Source of the DNA: Pyrodictium delaneyi
GTDB taxonomy: Archaea > Thermoproteota > Thermoprotei_A > Sulfolobales > Pyrodictiaceae
Direction of reading: 5' to 3'
Assembly: GCF_001412615.1 (NCBI RefSeq)
Contig: NZ_CP013011.1
Location: forward strand, 54,931 to 86,930
Length of the DNA stretch: 32,000 nt
Below are positions 29,440 through 32,000 of the stretch, piece by piece. The position numbers were made by a program, and so were the translations under genes. Below the pieces are notes generated by a model. The model searched no databases, was not told the DNA's origin, and saw only the letters and a program-made list of their open reading frames with translations. Position 1 is the stretch's first letter; each line of letters starts with the position of its first letter.

Positions 29440-30033
29440 TTGACGACGCAGCACCCCTGTCTAATAGCCGTTGGGTCGGCTAATCCTGTGAAAGTGAACG
29501 CTGTAAGACGCGCAATAAGACTGCTATGCTTAGCTGATGTACGCGGAGTGGAAGTAGAGAGTGGTGTCCCACCTCAGCCGCTTGGCGCGCACGAAATAAT
29601 ACTAGGGGCTGTAAACCGGGCTTCTAACGCGTTAAAGAAGCTAGATGCCGACTACGGTGTAGGTGTTGAAGCAGGCGTAGTAGAGACCGATATAGAGCCC
29701 CTAGAACTCCAGGCGGCAGCTATAGTCGACCGGGACGGCTACGTCACGATAGGGCTGAGTCAAGCATTCCCGCTCCCTCGTAGCTGGGCCACGGAGCTAA
29801 GTAAACGAGTAGAGCTAGGAGCTATAGCAGCAAGGGTTACAGGGCGTAAGGGCATCGGCGAGAAGCTAGGTCTCATAGGTTACCTCACAGCAGGTCTAGT
29901 AACACGGACAGACCTCACCTATAGTGCGGTAGTAATGGCTCTAGTACCTAGACTAAACCCCGGCCTCTACACGAGTCTGCCACGAGTGGACGAGGTAATA
30001 GAGAAGTTAAGACGGGAGAAGCAGAGCTTATAG
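29440..30033 (+). CDS. inosine/xanthosine triphosphatase-like NTPase (YjjX/DUF84 family)
   Basis: [14 protein letters not shown] ... [23 protein letters not shown] matches the N-terminal family signature. TTG start. Confidence 0.65.
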   Translation: MTTQHPCLIAVGSANPVKVNAVRRAIRLLCLADVRGVEVESGVPPQPLGAHEIILGAVNRASNALKKLDADYGVGVEAGVVETDIEPLELQAAAIVDRDGYVTIGLSQAFPLPRSWATELSKRVELGAIAARVTGRKGIGEKLGLIGYLTAGLVTRTDLTYSAVVMALVPRLNPGLYTSLPRVDEVIEKLRREKQSL

Positions 30034-30077
30034 GTAGGCAAGCACTGGTCGCATTACCGCCGGGGGCGAAGGCTAGG

Positions 30078-30473
30078 ATGGGCGTATACCAGGGTAACGA
30101 TCTCAAGAAGCCTACCGGAGGTAGGAAGTGGCCACACCAGAAGGTCAAGAGGAAGTACTGGATGGGTAGGTACCCGACACACACAAGGCTAGCAGATAAG
30201 GAGGTACGCCAGCTCATAAGAGTACGTGGCGGCAACTATAAGGTCCGGCTAAAGCGTGCGACTTATGCCAACGTGGTTGACCCAGAAACAAAGACAGCCA
30301 AGAAGGTAAAGATACTACGCGTACTAGAGACTCCGGCGAACCCGCACTACGCACGCGCCAACATAATAACTAAAGGTACAATCATAGAGACAGAGCTAGG
30401 CAAGGCGGTAGTCACGTCGCGCCCGGGCCAGGACGGCGTCATAAACGCTATACTACTTGAGAAGAAACAGTAA
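30078..30473 (+). CDS. rps8e: ribosomal protein S8e (eS8)
   Basis: [22 protein letters not shown] ... [14 protein letters not shown]. Confidence 0.8.
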   Translation: MGVYQGNDLKKPTGGRKWPHQKVKRKYWMGRYPTHTRLADKEVRQLIRVRGGNYKVRLKRATYANVVDPETKTAKKVKILRVLETPANPHYARANIITKGTIIETELGKAVVTSRPGQDGVINAILLEKKQ

Positions 30474-30495
30474 CAATAAGCCAGTTGTATGTTTC

Positions 30496-31776
30496 TTAGC
30501 GCGGAAGCATATTCGCCAGCCTCCTTACTCTCTCTAATGCTCTCCTCCTACTCTTCTCGTCAAGCCTAGCCTCGGCTAGAACATTTTCTAGAAACTCTAT
30601 AACTCTCTCAGCGTAATCACGGCGGAATGGATATGGAATACCGTCCTTCCCTCCCGCTATATAGGCGTACCTAAATGGGTCTAGTGGAGCATTGGCGGGG
30701 TCGTTATGGCTCACGGGGACACCGTAGACTATCTCGGCCACCAGTGCGAGGCTGCGTAGTGTAGCAGGCCCAACGCCCTCAACCAGCACAAGCTCCTCTA
30801 TGCTCCTAGGTGATAGCTCGTAAACCTTTCTTAGAACCTGCTCTATATGGCGTGGCGGTCTACTTTGAGGCCGATAATACCTAGCATACCTTTTCAACGC
30901 TTCTACGGAGTTTGTGGGTCTGCTCGTCTGGAACATTGTTAGAGGCGCGACGCCCTTCACGACCATGTATGCTTGGTGTATTTGGTGCAGGAGTCTGCGG
31001 GGGTCGTCGCGAACGAGGTCTAGTATTGTATCTCGTGCCTCGCGGCTCATCTTGCTCGTCATATCTATTACGAAATCCTCTCTCCTGTTAGAGGCTATAG
31101 CTCTATGAGGCTCTAGAGTTGGTATCGGTGGCAGAGGTTTCGACCAGTGGTAACGCCGTGCAAGCCTCTTCTCTGTATTCATTCCTTGTTGTATTACGGT
31201 CCACTTACCTGTACTGGATACTATGACGGCATGATGGTACAGCTGATAACCATCCTGGAGGAGAACGGTATCGGTCTTAGCTGAGAGTCTTGAAACGAGC
31301 TTGAGTTCCTTGACTGTGGAGGAGGATAGGTTAAACGTGTCAGCTATACCATCGATCTCGCGAGGAGTTTCCCTAGCCTTCGTGCCTTTGCCGCCGGCTA
31401 CCGCTATGCCGAGGTTAGGATCTTCTAGAGTTACCTGCTTGACGATGCCTAGTGTGACTGTTGTAGAGCCACTGCTATCCCAGTCCATACCAATAGCATT
31501 GTTGAATGCCTGGAACCATATAGGATCAGCAAACCATTCTACAACTTTGTCTGGTCCATGTATCTCTACTGTAACAGCTAGTATGGCTTTAGCCAACTTT
31601 TTCATGTAACGGGCTAGCCATGCAGGTACGTGGCCATCATGGAGTGGTAACTCGGCAATACCCCACATAGCCCTATACCCGGCTACAACTACTCGAAACA
31701 CTCCCCAAGCACGTTCTTGATACCTGCTCCCAACTATACTGGGATGAAGAAGTCTAAAGAGCTTAAATCTAGACAT
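30496..31776 (-). CDS. DUF763-family protein
   Basis: 426 aa. ELPLHDGHVPAWLARYMKKLAKAI ... GMDWDSSGSTTV resembles the COG1415/DUF763 N-terminus, recalled from memory. Confidence 0.5.
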   Translation of the reverse strand: MSRFKLFRLLHPSIVGSRYQERAWGVFRVVVAGYRAMWGIAELPLHDGHVPAWLARYMKKLAKAILAVTVEIHGPDKVVEWFADPIWFQAFNNAIGMDWDSSGSTTVTLGIVKQVTLEDPNLGIAVAGGKGTKARETPREIDGIADTFNLSSSTVKELKLVSRLSAKTDTVLLQDGYQLYHHAVIVSSTGKWTVIQQGMNTEKRLARRYHWSKPLPPIPTLEPHRAIASNRREDFVIDMTSKMSREARDTILDLVRDDPRRLLHQIHQAYMVVKGVAPLTMFQTSRPTNSVEALKRYARYYRPQSRPPRHIEQVLRKVYELSPRSIEELVLVEGVGPATLRSLALVAEIVYGVPVSHNDPANAPLDPFRYAYIAGGKDGIPYPFRRDYAERVIEFLENVLAEARLDEKSRRRALERVRRLANMLPR

Positions 31777-31838
31777 TGACGGCTACAGTGTGTCGAAAAG
31801 ATGGCCGGTGAAATGTAAACACGTTTCGGCACCTTCTC

Positions 31839-32000
31839 TTACCACAGTATAGAGGGAAACTTTGTCAGCAGCCTAGCGCCGCTACGCGTGACTAGAACAA
31901 GCTCCTCTATTCGAACGCCATACCTTCCGGGAATGTATACGCCAGGCTCTATTGTTATAACCATCCCTTCTTGGAGCTCTGTATTATCTTTGTAGGATAT
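31839..32000 (-). CDS. M24-family Xaa-Pro peptidase, C-terminal 53 aa only (start outside window)
   Basis: Translated by hand from the window edge: [64 protein letters not shown] is the pita-bread fold signature. It is absent from the ORF track because there is no start codon in the window. Confidence 0.7.
   Translation of the reverse strand: MSYKDNTELQEGMVITIEPGVYIPGRYGVRIEELVLVTRSGARLLTKFPSILW

Overview
The window looks like a crenarchaeal chromosome: it has Rpo8/RpoG, ribosomal protein L38e, an SmAP3-type Sm protein and intron-bearing tRNAs. The flanks (1-7744 and 22060-32000) carry ordinary information-processing and housekeeping genes. On the left these are a beta-CASP RNase, Rpo8, arcTGT, a PAC2 protein, a PUA protein and L38e. 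On the right they are a MetE-like methyltransferase, Trm1, a TFE-beta-like protein, TFB, Gar1, a ketopantoate-reductase-like protein, a NOL1/NOP2/Sun methyltransferase, a YjjX-like NTPase, S8e, DUF763 and a partial M24 peptidase. There are three minus-strand tRNA genes: Tyr-GUA with an 85-nt intron, Pro-CGG with a 48-nt intron at a non-canonical position, and Thr-GGU. The centre (7776-22059) is a G+C-rich, about 14.2-kb virus-like element integrated in tRNA-Thr and bounded by a perfect 45-bp direct repeat. Its integrase is split by the integration. The N part at the left end and the C part at the right end join in frame through the att core to give a 397-aa ORF, which is the SSV-type arrangement. 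The element has three modules: a regulatory/ORFan module on the plus strand (two RHH proteins, wHTH proteins, a Zn-ribbon protein), a seven-gene minus-strand operon ending in a P-loop NTPase, and a plus-strand structural-looking module. That last module has a tandem family of small signal-peptide/TM proteins (three intact copies plus one with no start codon), an 818-aa glycoprotein with 14 N-glycosylation sequons, and a DUF192-like fusion protein. I recognise no capsid fold or replicase by eye, so this may be an undescribed archaeal virus lineage. All calls rest on reading the sequence and on motif memory; no database search was run.
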